In this document: piece after piece, positions 24,294-36,400 of the stretch
Layout of the letters: each line of letters opens with the position of its first letter
Position numbering within the stretch: position 1 is the first letter of the stretch
Source of the DNA: Minutocellus sp. GHC0000111
Taxonomy: Eukaryota
Reading direction: 5' to 3'
Assembly (NCBI GenBank): GCA_977018835.1
Contig: OZ361259.1
Location: forward strand, 2,294,001 to 2,358,000
Length of the DNA stretch: 64,000 bases
Made by a program: the position numbers and the translations under genes
Notes under the pieces: generated by a model
The model's database searches: none
The model's input: the letters and a program-made list of their open reading frames with translations, nothing else
What the model was told of the DNA's origin: nothing

Positions 24294-24545
24294 ATTGGGT
24301 GCCCTGTTGAGTAGGCGGGGCTACTGTGCTTGTGTATATTACAAGGGCATGCAAAAACAACATACGTACCTAGTTATGGCTTGAAGTTGGACTCTTGCCA
24401 TACAAAAAATACTGTGCTTATTGCATTTTCTGTAGCAATAGCTAAGTAATAAATTGAATTCGTTGTGTACAAACTATAGATCCACAACTCATCCGATTAA
24501 AAGAATAAGCTAATCAAGAAGAATCTTTCAGGAGAATGCGCATAA

Positions 24546-25707
24546 CTAAACTTTGTCTTCTTCGTCGACCATCTTGTCGCTGTCTGTGCCGTTCGAATCA
24601 TCAGCATCATGAACATCGTCGTTATCAGCCTCCTCTTCCTTTTCGGTACTTAGAGCGCCACTGTCCTGGTTTTCGAGATCTTCTTTGCGGTCCACGCATT
24701 TAGAGCAGCACGTCGTTAACTTCTTTCTGTAGCAGTACGCCAGGCCCATCAATGCCAAAAATATGACAATGACGGAGGCACCAACCTTGAACATCTTCTG
24801 TTGGTGAGGACTGCATAGAAGGGAGATACATATGCGGCATGAGCATCCAAAGTGCAGGGCACAACAATTCGTAGAGCAGAATAAGATGAACCTGCACAAC
24901 AATTCGTAGAGCAGAATAAGATAAATACATCGAACAGATCCATGTAGCGCACACGTACCTGAAACGAGCATTGGAAAAGTCGCTGAATTCATTCGCATCG
25001 CTGACGATTCCGCCACCACTAACAACGACCGACGTAGAGGAAATATTCAAACCTGCACTCATCTCCGTGCCATCTCCATCCTCTGAACTTTCCACCTGCT
25101 CAACCTTGCAATCAGGGAGATTCTCAAGCCAAGGAGATGGTTGTTGCGACAAACACCAATTCTTGAGCCGCCCATGGCCAATGCAGTGCGTATTGAAGGG
25201 ACCTGCGAACCGATGCTTCCCTTGGCCGAACCAATTCGACCATCGCTTGGCAGCAAGGGCCATGTTGGTGTCCAAATTTCTCGCGAAACGATCACTGTAG
25301 CTTTCCCAGATATTGAAGATGAGGACGCCATCAACAATGAGCCAACCGTTCCAAGGAGAGGCTGGAGGGCCAAGGAAGTCGACATCCCATGGCCATCCTT
25401 CGACTTCGAGGCCGACTCCCCAGCTACAAAAGCCTCCCCACGCAGGAGCATACTTCCATGGGTTGTCGATGAACCTCTGCCTGTTCTCCAAAGTAGAGAA
25501 CCAGAATTGATAGCCCTCGAAGTTGTAGGCGAAATCGGGTTTGCCTCGAACAGCGACGCCACCATTTTTGACGGATGGAATAAAGTGATACTGAACGACG
25601 TCAAAGCCAAGGAGAACGGGATTGCCCTCGTACAGCTGCTGGCAGGGCTGGTCTGCGACCGGCACTACCTTGGGCAATTCGATGTTGTCTGGGTCATCAC
25701 CGAACAT
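24546..25707 (-). CDS. YHS-domain-like protein with C-terminal TM helix and acidic tail; true 5' end uncertain
   Basis: 'GFDVVQY...G...YQFWFSTLENRQRFIDNPWKYAPAWGGFCSWGV'. Intron 24958..24811 joins the frame to the TM helix VGASVIVIFLALMGLAYCY. Confidence 0.75.
24859..24922. repeat. Intronic direct repeat, 29 bp x2, period 35
   Basis: gcacaacaattcgtagagcagaataagat at 24859 and 24894. Confidence 0.9.
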
Positions 25708-26095
25708 GTTGCACTGTTCCTTTATATTTTCTACGGTGCAAGTACAAGAATGGCATCCAATCAGAGGCTACCAACGATGGCTACGGTTGAAGGTGGCAAG
25801 GATGTGCGCTCTCGGCTTATGTATGTACATGGTCACCATTGAGTTGGAAGGATGGAAGCCATGTCGCATGTCAAAAGTGCTCGAGCATTGTTCGGCGCGG
25901 GCGGCGGCGCGGCGGTCAATGTCAAGTTTGCAAGCTACCTCATTTTTGGTTCTGGCCGTCGTCCGTTGTTTACACCAGACGCCAAACGAAGACGGCACAG
26001 TGGCATATTGATATCGATATCAACCTCCTCCCGTCGCCTACGTCTGGTCGTCTGGGACACCTTTGCTCTTTCCAGTGCAATAGATATCTTCAATA

Positions 26096-27263
26096 ATGTG
26101 GGGCGGAATGGCAGGCTCGGCGCAGCAGGCTGGTCACTATGGACCTGCCGGCGGCGGCGGTAAGTTTTGTGCTCGTCTGGCCTCCCGCAATTTCGAAGTT
26201 GGTGTGTTGGCTCAATGAAATGCAATTACATTATTGATTGTCTCACGTGTCACCCTCCCCGACCTCCCATCGTGTGATTTTTCCTGCTTGTGTAGGTGGT
26301 GGTGGCGGCGGTGGTAGCGCCCCTCAGGGTCAGAGACACGACATTTTCGTCGGAAATCTTGCATTCAACACCACCGAGGAGCAGCTGCATCAGGCCTTCT
26401 CGGAGCTGGGTAGGATCATCAAGGTGCGGATGGTAACGGACCAGGACACGGGTAAGCCAAGGGGCTTTGCTTTCATTGAGTTTGAGGACCCGCAGGCCGC
26501 CCTAAGCGCCATTCGCAACATGAACGATTACGAGCTGAACGGACGCAGACTTCGGTGTAACTTTAGCAACTCCAGCCATCTGGAGCAGCTGGCGGGAAGG
26601 CTTGGTATGGACATGTCGGCCCACACGCAGGCCCGAAAGCAGGCGGAAGCGAACAAGGCCGCTGCGGCGGCAGCGGCCGAGGCGGGTACCGTCGCTGTAT
26701 CGGATTCTCTCAAGGCAATGGGCAAGGGAGAAATGTACGATATTATCAAGCAGCTGAAGGAGGTTGCCGATAAGGATCCCGACGAGGCTAGGAAGCTACT
26801 ATGCGGCCATCCGCAGCTGCCAGAGGCTGTGCTGTTCATTATGAGCAAGCTTGATATGATCAAGACACCGGTGGCAACCGGGGCGGGGGGTATTCCCGGT
26901 GCCGACATGGCCGCAGCGACGACCACGGCGGCTGCTGCGAGACCTGCCGATCCACGTGCCGCCGCTGCAGCTGCTGCGGCTCCATCGGATCCTCGTGCAC
27001 GCGATCCTCGTGCCGCAGCCCGTGCAGCAGCAGCGGCCGCGGTACCTCCGCCTCCGCCACCAATGCAGCAGCAACCGCCGCCGCCAGCACAATATGGAGC
27101 ACCACCGGCACAGCCTCCGGCGGCAGCTCCGGTCGTTGCTGGTCTCGATCCCGCTTTTGTGCAGCAGGTGATGTCGCTCACTCCTCAGCAAATTGCGCAG
27201 CTACCTCCCGATAAGCAGCAGAGTATTATTGCCTTGCGCCAGCAGATTACTGGGGGGAGGTAG
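26096..27263 (+). CDS. CSTF2: Cleavage stimulation factor 64-kDa subunit (CstF-64/Rna15)
   Basis: Exon 1 26096..26159, intron 26160..26295. RRM (IFVGNL, RGFAFIEF), hinge (EARKLLCGHPQL) and C-terminal QVMSLTPQQIAQLPPDKQQSIIALRQQI. Confidence 0.92.
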
Positions 27264-27476
27264 GAAGGTGCTTGTTGGTATTGAATGGATGCATTGAGTG
27301 CATGGTGGAATATTGCACAGCGCATCAGCAGCAGCAGATGTTGGGCATCGGCAGGGTGTGTATTGAAACTGCTAATAGCTAGTTTTCGAGCATTGCAACA
27401 CTTTTCATATTCATACTCAAGATACAGAGGAATATAAACAACGTTACATGGTCACATGGTTACGAATGATTTTCTC

Positions 27477-27572
27477 TACATGTACATGTATGCTGGATCC
27501 AATGCCACCTGATTTCCTACATGTACTTTACTAAGTAGCTCTAGGAATTCCTACTACGTAGCTACGTAGCTA
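27477..27572. repeat. Intergenic TA-palindrome array
   Basis: TA CATG TA CATG TA ... TA CATG TA ... TA GGAATTCC TA C TA CG TA GC TA CG TA GC TA. Confidence 0.8.
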
Positions 27573-27826
27573 AAGAGTATGTGCGCAAGGTGTCGGTATC
27601 ACTTGAGATAGTTGCTCTACAGGCCGAATGATATATATATACATTAATAAGTAGCCATTCTACAAATTACTTGTTGCAGCTATGGGCCAAAGTTTGCTTG
27701 AATCGACTACAGAATAAACATTTTGCTGTTAGTACACATTACAACTAGAAACTGAAACAATGTACGGTAGATCTACGAATATGTGTAGCATGAATCGTAA
27801 TTTCATGGAAACGGAGGAATTAACGA

Positions 27827-28584
27827 TCAAGAAGTGTGCTGTAGAACATAATCTCGATCCATGGCAGATGGAAATGGCTGATCTACGACCTGAGGTGGCC
27901 GAGTATTTTCGATTGCGAGGCGCCACCCACGTGGGGAGAAACCCATTCTATGAATCTGTAACAACCGGCCCAAACCATTTTGATAGACAAACATGAGTTG
28001 CGCATCGGACCGAGCATATCGTGTAGGATTCAATTCGGTGGCAACTTGGAATGAATTTTGGATGAGTGTGCTACCAACATTGGTCACTGTTGCCCAATCT
28101 CCGGCAACGAAAGCTGCAACAGCTGCCCTCCCTTCCCTTGAAATGACCTCAATTTGCTCACCTGTTGGTCGTGACGACAAAGTTCGACCACCGACGGCCA
28201 ATGCAAGATTCCGTAATGCAGCAGGTTCTGCCGCAAGATTTCCCAGGTATACTTCCATCATTTCGATCAGCATTGACTTTCGAAGTCGGAGTGCAGTGAC
28301 AACACCGTCGCTCTCGTTGTCATGCCACTCCATTGCATCGAAATATCCCATCGAGGGAGACATGACAACCAAACTCGCGAAACGACGGAGCCTACCGCAA
28401 ACATCTAGATTGGGCGGAGGAGGTGGAAGACCTCGGAAGATGTAATCTACGCCATGATCCAAGCCGGTACATTGACACATCATGTAATGATGTAATGAGA
28501 TCCGCAGTCGCCACAGAAAATGAAGCTCTGGAATTGGCGACCATTGTGGTTGAAATCAACTTCTCCATTCGGTCTGGCGGGCAT
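27827..28584 (-). pseudogene. Orphan ORF apparently disrupted by an 8-bp tandem duplication; restored N-terminus carries CxxC-x6-CxC
   Basis: tgtaatga occurs twice at 28483..28498. Removing one copy fuses MPARPNG...FCGDCGSHY to MMCQCTG... of ORF 27827..28483. Confidence 0.45.
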
Positions 28585-29016
28585 GGTGCGTCATTGAACA
28601 GGATAATTAATAAGAGGTTGGCGTGAACTCAGTGGGGTTTTGAGGCTCAGCAGTTGCGTTGTTGGCGAGCATGGGGCAGTTCGACGGCATCTATCTTTTG
28701 ATGTCGCATTGGCAAAAGAGGAGTTTTCCGACTTCCGTCCCTCGGAGATCTCCATCGAGTTGCCCGCGCATGTTCTGGGCTTTGGCGCCTTTAGCGCCCC
28801 CCTGTGATCACCCCGAGAAGTTCCGTCTTTGATTCATCTGCGTTCGAAGGATTTCATTCGATTTCTATCATGCCCATCTTTCGAGATCTGCAATCGATCG
28901 GCAGCATTTCAGCATGCGGTCCTCTCCAGAAATGTGATTCCATTTATTTTCTTACAAATCCATTGAATATCAAAACGAGAGCAAGGACATAAGATCCCAA
29001 ACCCAAAACAAGCACC

Positions 29017-29394
29017 ATGGCTTTCACCGACGACTCCAACAAGAACAACAGCAACAACGATAATACTGCCGCTAAGGGCGACGGCAACAAGCTCCTCGAA
29101 CAAATCAAGCAGACGACTGCCAACACGGGTGCCTACATTAAAAACAAGACCATTGATGTCAAGGATGCCGTGATTGGGAAGACCACCAGCGCCAAGGACG
29201 AGGCGATTAACAAGGCCACCGACGCCAGGGATGCCACAGAAGAGAAGGTTGACGAGGCAATTGATAATGCCCAGGACACTCTCCAAAGCGCTGTAGATTC
29301 ATTGCCTGACTGCGCCGAGGAGGCGGGGCAGCAGATTGATGCAACGGCAAAGGCGGCACGTGAAATGATCCACGAAGCAACCAAGAAGGATTAA
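29017..29394 (+). CDS. LEA-like (group 3-like) hydrophilic protein
   Basis: A/D/K/T-rich with roughly 11-mer periodicity (AKDEAINKATD, ARDATEEKVDE). Confidence 0.65.
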   Translation: MAFTDDSNKNNSNNDNTAAKGDGNKLLEQIKQTTANTGAYIKNKTIDVKDAVIGKTTSAKDEAINKATDARDATEEKVDEAIDNAQDTLQSAVDSLPDCAEEAGQQIDATAKAAREMIHEATKKD

Positions 29395-29545
29395 TTGTGG
29401 TGGAAATATAGTCACCAAATAATAGTAGATTAATGACCCTAGAGATAGTGCATTCATGTGCATGTGTTAGAGCAATCGCAATATTCATAAATATACGACC
29501 TTACTGTAATAGCTAGTGCCTCTCTAATATTTATCTGTATCTTCA

Positions 29546-31093
29546 TCATTCCTCATCACTGCTATCATCGTCCTCGCTATCCGACCAGAGTAAGGAATCG
29601 AATCGATTCTGCGCTAGAATATTACCCTCCTCCCTCAGCCAAGAGGGACGTTCGAGCCTACCAGCAATGAGCTGTGCAGCGCGTCTCGCTCCCATCAAGT
29701 TGCCAGCATCCGGGCCCAAATTGAGGCTTGCAAGCGACCCTGTAACGAATAGGTTGGTCTTCGATCTCCACTCCACATCCTCAGTAACGCAGGGAAAGCC
29801 CCCGTGGACAGGAAGTGGCCATCGATTGATGACTTCTGCCAACAGTGGATGTGACGAACAGTCTGGCTGAACTCCACAAGCCAGCACGATGAGATCGAAT
29901 GAATGGGAGACGCCATTGATAGTAACTTCAGCTGGGCCGTCCACACCCTTTTGAATGCACGACGTGGCTTCACCAACAATCCGTTTCAGGCCCCCATTCT
30001 TTTCCAAGCGCTCCACGTCCCGCATATATATCGGTGGCACGCTGCCACCGCCACGAGTCGACTTGATCATCTCCAATCGATCCAATACTGGCTGATGGTA
30101 GAAATCACTCATGCACTTGGTCGAAGTCCTTCTGTCGAACCACTCGACGCCAAGGTCAAAATGCCTTTCAACGAGTGGACGACGACTACAAAGGATAACT
30201 CTTTCTCCGGCGTTATCGCCGATGCACCCTGCCCATTTCTGGGCTGTTTGTACTGCCGTCAATCCACCACCGATTACCAATACACTTTGGATTTTGCTCT
30301 GACGCTCAGCCAAGTTCGGAGGCAATGGGTCGTACCACTGCACAACACACGATGGGGGTAGTATGTTGATCTTGGCGTTGACATTCGTAGATGAAAGGAA
30401 ACCTGGTACAATTGGCTTCCCAACTGTTCCAAGGGCGAGGACGACGGAGTTGGCGATGATGGTTTGACCAGAGGCCAAATTAACTCGAAACGGAGATTGA
30501 TTGTCATCTTTTTCCTCACCATCACCATCATCATTGTCTAGCGATTGCACACCATTATCGTCAATATCAGACACGGTTGAGTGAATAAAGTCATGTGGCA
30601 GTGACTTGACAAGATCGAGGCAAAAGTCTTGGAAAAGTTGTGTTGATGGGAGGGTCCAAAGTCCGGACTGGGTCTGTGACTGGCCACCCTGGGAAAGTAG
30701 CTTGGTCATTTCTGTGCAGCCGGATTCGATGAGCTCGTCTCTGTGACGTTCCTGCATCTGCGCATATGCGAGAAGAGCGGTCGAATCAAACATATCTGGA
30801 TGAGCGATGGTCGGCGAGCGGAGGAACCCAATGTTGAGAGCGTCGAACTTGGATGACCACCCTTGCAGCCAATCTTGAGAATCGACCACGCATATCTTTT
30901 GCTTGTCACGCCGTTGTTGGGATGTAGATGGCGAAGATCTCCTATCGGCTTGAACGATTTCGTGATCAGACAATATATCACGCGAATATGGTGATCGAAG
31001 TGCCGAAAGTGTGGCGAGACCTGCAGGTCCGGCGCCAATGATGCAAACGTCGTACCTGTCTAGCCCGGCGTCATTTTTGTTGTCTACTTTCAT
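29546..31093 (-). CDS. FAD/NAD(P)-dependent oxidoreductase (lysine N6-monooxygenase-like fold)
   Basis: Two Rossmann motifs (IIGAGPAG, VIGGGLTA), FLRSPTIAHPD, and C-terminal LGPDAGNLMGAR. Confidence 0.85.
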   Translation of the reverse strand: MKVDNKNDAGLDRYDVCIIGAGPAGLATLSALRSPYSRDILSDHEIVQADRRSSPSTSQQRRDKQKICVVDSQDWLQGWSSKFDALNIGFLRSPTIAHPDMFDSTALLAYAQMQERHRDELIESGCTEMTKLLSQGGQSQTQSGLWTLPSTQLFQDFCLDLVKSLPHDFIHSTVSDIDDNGVQSLDNDDGDGEEKDDNQSPFRVNLASGQTIIANSVVLALGTVGKPIVPGFLSSTNVNAKINILPPSCVVQWYDPLPPNLAERQSKIQSVLVIGGGLTAVQTAQKWAGCIGDNAGERVILCSRRPLVERHFDLGVEWFDRRTSTKCMSDFYHQPVLDRLEMIKSTRGGGSVPPIYMRDVERLEKNGGLKRIVGEATSCIQKGVDGPAEVTINGVSHSFDLIVLACGVQPDCSSHPLLAEVINRWPLPVHGGFPCVTEDVEWRSKTNLFVTGSLASLNLGPDAGNLMGARRAAQLIAGRLERPSWLREEGNILAQNRFDSLLWSDSEDDDSSDEE

Positions 31094-31559
31094 CTTTTGT
31101 TTGGAGATTGTCTTTGATGTGGGCGAAAAACTCGGATTGGTGCGTGGGCCAAGTACTTACAGTCTTATCCTTACTCGGATCTGCGTGACAAGGAGACTCG
31201 ATTTTGATTTGTGAGGAATATCACACTAAGTAGGCGCCATGCATCTCGCAACCTTCGCCATCACTGCGAAGTCAGCGGATGATCCGGCAGGATTGAGGCT
31301 CAACAGCTCACCAAACCGAGAGGCTCTTTTTCGGCTCTTTTATCAAAAGCCAAATCGAACGCTGGGAAGTTTGAGCATAAATGCAAAAAATAAAGAAGAA
31401 GGAGAAAGAGAAAAAGAGAGCATGCAAAAGCTCACGTACATCTGCGGATACGAGGAACGAGGACTTGATAATAACTCGCCTTGACTTCACTCTAGCTAGC
31501 TACTAGACTGGTCGGCCTTGTCAGCGCGAGCATTTATTATTGAGGTTAGCGGGCAGAAA

Positions 31560-33212
31560 ATGAATAACCCATCGGGATCTGGAGCAGCAGCCGGAGGAGG
31601 TAGTGCTTCCAGCACCCCCGCCGCCAAAGCCGCCGCTGCATCTGCCGTCGCTCACTCTCACTCGGCCGGCAGAGGTACCAGCCCAGCAGCCATGCACCCA
31701 GGCAGTCACCCCATACAGCCGCGACCCCTGTCGCAGCAGGCCCATGCGCACGTGGCCGCAACCGGTTCTGGCTACCTCGCCGGGACGGCCTACGGCGGAC
31801 CACCAGCGCCGGCCTATCCGCCAGCCGGACACGCTGGCGTCAGTCACATCCCCCCGCCGCCCACGACCGCTGCCCTGTCGCAGATCCGCGCCGCCCAGGC
31901 CCAGCAGGCCAACGCGGCCCGGTGGGTGGAGCGGGAGATGGCCATGGCGGCGCAGCAGGCGGCGATATCGGCCCGGCAGCAGCAGCAACAGGCGACGCTC
32001 ATCGAGTTGGAGCAGGCCCGGGTTCGAAGGGCGCTGGCGCAGTATGCGGCTGCAGGGAACATCAACCCGGCTGCCGCAGCAGCCGCCGCGGCGGCAGGCG
32101 TCGGGGCGGCAGGACTATCTGCGGCTGCCACGGCACCTCCTGGTGCTGCATTAGGAGGGATCGATGCAAGCAATAACAGTGCCCTGTACGGAAGGACAAG
32201 TACAACAAATCCTGTCGCTCCATCTGGTGCCAAACGGCCTGGAGCCGAAGGAATAACAGCAGGAGCACCATCTGGAGGGGGATCGCAACCGTCCACGCCA
32301 CAACCCAAGAAGCAAAAACTAGCGGCAGGCATCGGTGGATCAGGAGGCGAAGACACTGCAGCGGAAGCTATCGTCGTCGAGGAAAGTAAACCCGCGACGA
32401 GTACGGCCCATACCACCCACAGAGTTCTGCAGACCGGCCTGGCTGGGCCATTCGTCCGCGGCGTATTAGGGGACGATGAGCGGACCTTGGCAACCTTTCG
32501 ATCGCAGAGTGAGTCATTTGATGGTCTGGTGCTATACATGGATGTAAGGGGTGGATATATTTGTTCAGACACACCCATCCACTCCTTTTTCCTTGCCACA
32601 TTTGTATTCCTAATGTACTCTTCTCGCTCACTATTTCTACTATTTTTAGTTGGCATGGGACCACGATACTTCGCATCGCAGATTCTGAACCTGGCCGAAA
32701 CTCCATTTCGTAAGGACTCAATTGTTATAAAAATGAACAACATTGACAAGCTCGGATTGAGAATTTCAGACTCCCATTCCCTCTACACTAAACACGCGGT
32801 CGAAATGACCTCGGAGGAAATGAGGCGGAAACATGAAACCTTGGTCTCTGGTATGGAGGAACGGATCAAACAGCTTGAGGATGAGTTGACCTCCGCCAGA
32901 AGCAAAGCAGAAAAAAAATTAACAGCCGAGACTCCTGGAGACAGAGACAGCGCGCCCATGAACAATAGTGTCTTACAAGCTGCCCTCAAGAAAGCTGAAG
33001 AGGAGTATAAAAAGTCGCTCGCTGCCATTCAAGCCGCAAATGCGGATGAGACCCGCAAGCTGAAGGAGAAGCACGAGGACACAGTGCGGGCGCTAAAGGC
33101 TGAAATTCGCGAGGCCAAGAAGACTCATTCTCGCACATTGGACAGTTACCTTCAAGCATCATGCGAGGTACTAAAACTTGTGAGAAGGGAGGAGAAGGCA
33201 AGATTGATATAG
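31560..33212 (+). CDS. Hypothetical Ala/Gln/Pro-rich protein with C-terminal coiled coil; probable intron 32509..32649
   Basis: Long ORF; putative NLS PKKQK; an AT-rich segment bounded by GTGAGT...TTTTAG removes an atypical hydrophobic stretch in frame. Confidence 0.65.
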   Translation: MNNPSGSGAAAGGGSASSTPAAKAAAASAVAHSHSAGRGTSPAAMHPGSHPIQPRPLSQQAHAHVAATGSGYLAGTAYGGPPAPAYPPAGHAGVSHIPPPPTTAALSQIRAAQAQQANAARWVEREMAMAAQQAAISARQQQQQATLIELEQARVRRALAQYAAAGNINPAAAAAAAAAGVGAAGLSAAATAPPGAALGGIDASNNSALYGRTSTTNPVAPSGAKRPGAEGITAGAPSGGGSQPSTPQPKKQKLAAGIGGSGGEDTAAEAIVVEESKPATSTAHTTHRVLQTGLAGPFVRGVLGDDERTLATFRSQSESFDGLVLYMDVRGGYICSDTPIHSFFLATFVFLMYSSRSLFLLFLVGMGPRYFASQILNLAETPFRKDSIVIKMNNIDKLGLRISDSHSLYTKHAVEMTSEEMRRKHETLVSGMEERIKQLEDELTSARSKAEKKLTAETPGDRDSAPMNNSVLQAALKKAEEEYKKSLAAIQAANADETRKLKEKHEDTVRALKAEIREAKKTHSRTLDSYLQASCEVLKLVRREEKARLI

Positions 33213-33499
33213 AAACCATCTTTCATGTAAAAGCAAACCGGCCAAATTTGTATTTTGTAATTATAATCTGTATTCTTTAAATTCTATAGTATAACTCTAA
33301 GATGCTCTCGTATTGATCCAAATAAATCCAGCCATTTTGTGATGTGGTGAAGATGTTGTGTACCCCTCCCAAGGAAGTCCGAGCAATCGGACAGTCACAA
33401 ATAACAACAGCCGAACTAGACCTCAACGAAAGAAAAATATTTTGATCCTGTGCGATCTGTGTGAAGGTACATGTATTATAGCTGGAGCGTGCCGCCGGA

Positions 33500-36400
33500 T
33501 TACTTCCGGAAAATCTGCCTGTAAGGAGGCGACCTTTCCTTACCGTTGACAAAAATGGGATCATAAAGCTTATTTTCTTGACCCTTTTCGTTGGCGGTGG
33601 TGTTCTTGGCAGTCATTGGAGCACGAGGCACATATGGAATAGCGGATTGAGATTTCTGCTGTCTCCAAACATTCTGCTGTTGATGCTGCTCTGGATCCGT
33701 CGACGCATTCGCAGGTGAAGGTCGGGCTCTTCTCTCGGGAGTTGCGATAGGCTTGGGGGATGATTTGACAACAAGTCGATTCTCTTCATCTTCCTCCTTC
33801 ACATCGCTGAAAGATCGAATGCCCAGTCCCAGTCGTCGAGCCGCCTCCTCACTATCAACGGTATCTACGTCGATAGTCGAAGGAACAGTTTGATCATCTC
33901 CCTCCGAGGTACTTTCCGAATGCGAATAGACCATAACGGCGCGGCTAGTATCAACCGTTTCATTGACTTCAGCCGCAGTAGGCGGATCGGGACCCCTTGA
34001 TGCCAGTCCATCTTCAAGTAGAAGAGCAGATTTTCCACAATCGCTATCAGGAGACTGCTCTTGTGGAGTTTCATTGGTGTCATCAGAGGTCGATGGTGAG
34101 ATGATAGACATGTCGTACGCCGATCTTCCTGGTCCCAAGATTGATGTTGCTGCCATTTCCTTCTGCAGACCGTTATCAAAAGTTGCCCGCTTAAGCGACG
34201 AAGGACTGAAGGAGTAGAGCTTACGCAAAAGAGGGCTGGGGACCTTCTCCTCTTTTTGTGGCTCCTCCTCAACGATTTCAATCTTCCTGGTGATAACCAG
34301 ATCATCAATCATTTCTTCGGCAATCGGACTCTCGGCGACGGGACTAAGTACCAGAGTTCCCTCAGGATAAGAAGCACTGTCGTCATAAGCCATGAGGTCT
34401 CGATGATGCGAAGCAATATTTTTCTCTCTGCTAGTATTCCCACCATGATAGGAAACCATGGTACTTGAAAATGCCGTTTCACTTTCGATCGAATCGAGAT
34501 CCAGCGAGTTTTCATCCTCAAGCTCAATCTCATCCTTGGATCGACGAACAAGCTTGTGACCAACAACGAACATAGCAACGACAATAATCAACCCACCAAT
34601 GGCGATTCCACTGACCCTGGCAGCGCTGCCGCCATTTGCCCTTAGTTGAGTATCATTTTGCGTAGCAGCGTTGGCAATAGGACTCGTCGTATCGGACGAA
34701 GGAGTGATCGCGCCTCGGTTGATCCCCGCACTTACACCAATAGTCCGGGAGAGGATATTATCATCGGAATCCCTGATATTGTTGATGAACGCATTCCTAC
34801 CTTCAATAGTGTTGAAGGCACCCAAAGTGTTGGCCTCCAGAATTCTTGGAGATGGCTTCTCTACACCTCGGTAAGTTGTAGTTCCCTCAATGGACTTGGC
34901 AATAATCGCGGGCGTAGGACGTCCCTGGTAAGACTTCGTTGTGAGGAAGGCCGCAATGCTATCGATGGAGACAAAGCTTAGGCCACTGATCCCTTTGATA
35001 AGGTACCCATTTAAGTGACGGGCAAGATTATCCTGAAGTGTGATCTCTGTCTCCCCCAAGCCATTCAGGACAAGCTCAAATTCCTCTTGTTTCTTGAGAG
35101 GATCAGTTGGAGAGGCCTGGAGACGACGAGTTTCCTCTTGAGAAAGAAAAATGCTCACAACGAGTCCTTCAGGCATATCTAAACGTTGGAATTCTGCGAC
35201 AGAGGTAAAAGATAATTGGATCACGCATATATTATACTTTGTAAGGAGATATGAAGAAAGGGAACATCGAAGGGCAAATAGCACACATCACATCTTTTGA
35301 TACATCACACTTACCACCATCGTCACCCGCACTCTCACCGACGGGAGACAAAGCTTCATTTTCAGGAAGGTCTTCACCAGTAGGCGGGAAAGGTATCTCA
35401 CTCTCTGTGTCTAAAGGTACACTCTCATCTTGATCCAGAGGAGGAATACTAATGACGGTACCATCGGTAGCTTCCTCTGGAGTATTAGGACTGATGTCTT
35501 TATCACCACCACTGCCCTCGTCATCCCCAACGGTAGATGGCTCAGATTCGTCATTAGGTAAAATATTGATACTTTGACTTTCATCCTCTTCTGAATTGGG
35601 ATCGACATCGGAAACTTGAGTATCAGCAGGAGTGATGGATTCTTCATCCTCAGCATTTGGATCGATATTGAGCTCATCTTCATCGTCGGCTGGCTTGCCT
35701 TCATCCTGACCTTTCTTGTCATCGGGTTGCGAATTGCTACCTTCGTTATTCCCAACGGTAGATGGCTCAGATTCGTCATTAGGTAAAATATTGATACTTT
35801 GACTTTCATCCTCTTCTGAATTGGGATCGACATCGGAAACTTGAGTATCAGCAGGAGTGATGGATTCTTCATCCTCAGCATTTGGATCGATATTGAGCTC
35901 ATCTTCATCGTCGGCTGGCTTGTCTTTACCCTTATCCTTCTTGTCATCGGGTTGCGAATTGCTACCTTCGTTATCCCCAACGGTAGATGGCTCAGATTCG
36001 TCATTAGGTAAAATATTGATACTTTGACTTTCATCCTCTTCTGAATTGGGATCGACATCGGAAACTTGAGTATCAGCAGGAGTGATGGATTCTTCATCCT
36101 CAGCATTTGGATCGATATTGAGCTCATCTTCATCGTCGGCTGGCTTGTCTTTACCCTTATCCTTCTTGTCGTCGTCGCTTTCTTCACTTAATTCTTCAAC
36201 AGTGTCACCGAAAGCGACAGAATCATTTTTCAATTCATCTTCTGTCTCCTCCTCATCTTCCTGGCTAGGTTGATTTAGGGAGTAATCGTTGATGTTACTG
36301 CCATACTCAAAATCAGGAATGCCGGCTGAAGTCTCGTCACTGGTAGTATCATCGTGACCAGGCGTAGGCATAATGATTACAACATTATCAACCTCACCAC

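Noticed and set aside
27760..27996. Plus-strand 78-aa ORF
   Set aside because: It is short, overlaps the longer minus-strand ORF and has no recognisable motif.
28620..28990. Possible tRNA or structured RNA in a GC-balanced spacer
   Set aside because: A GTTCGA word is present, but no cloverleaf or matching A box could be built.
35524..36170. Regular repeats as a possible CRISPR array
   Set aside because: The units are 225-bp in-frame coding repeats with no unique spacers, there are no cas genes, and the context is eukaryotic.
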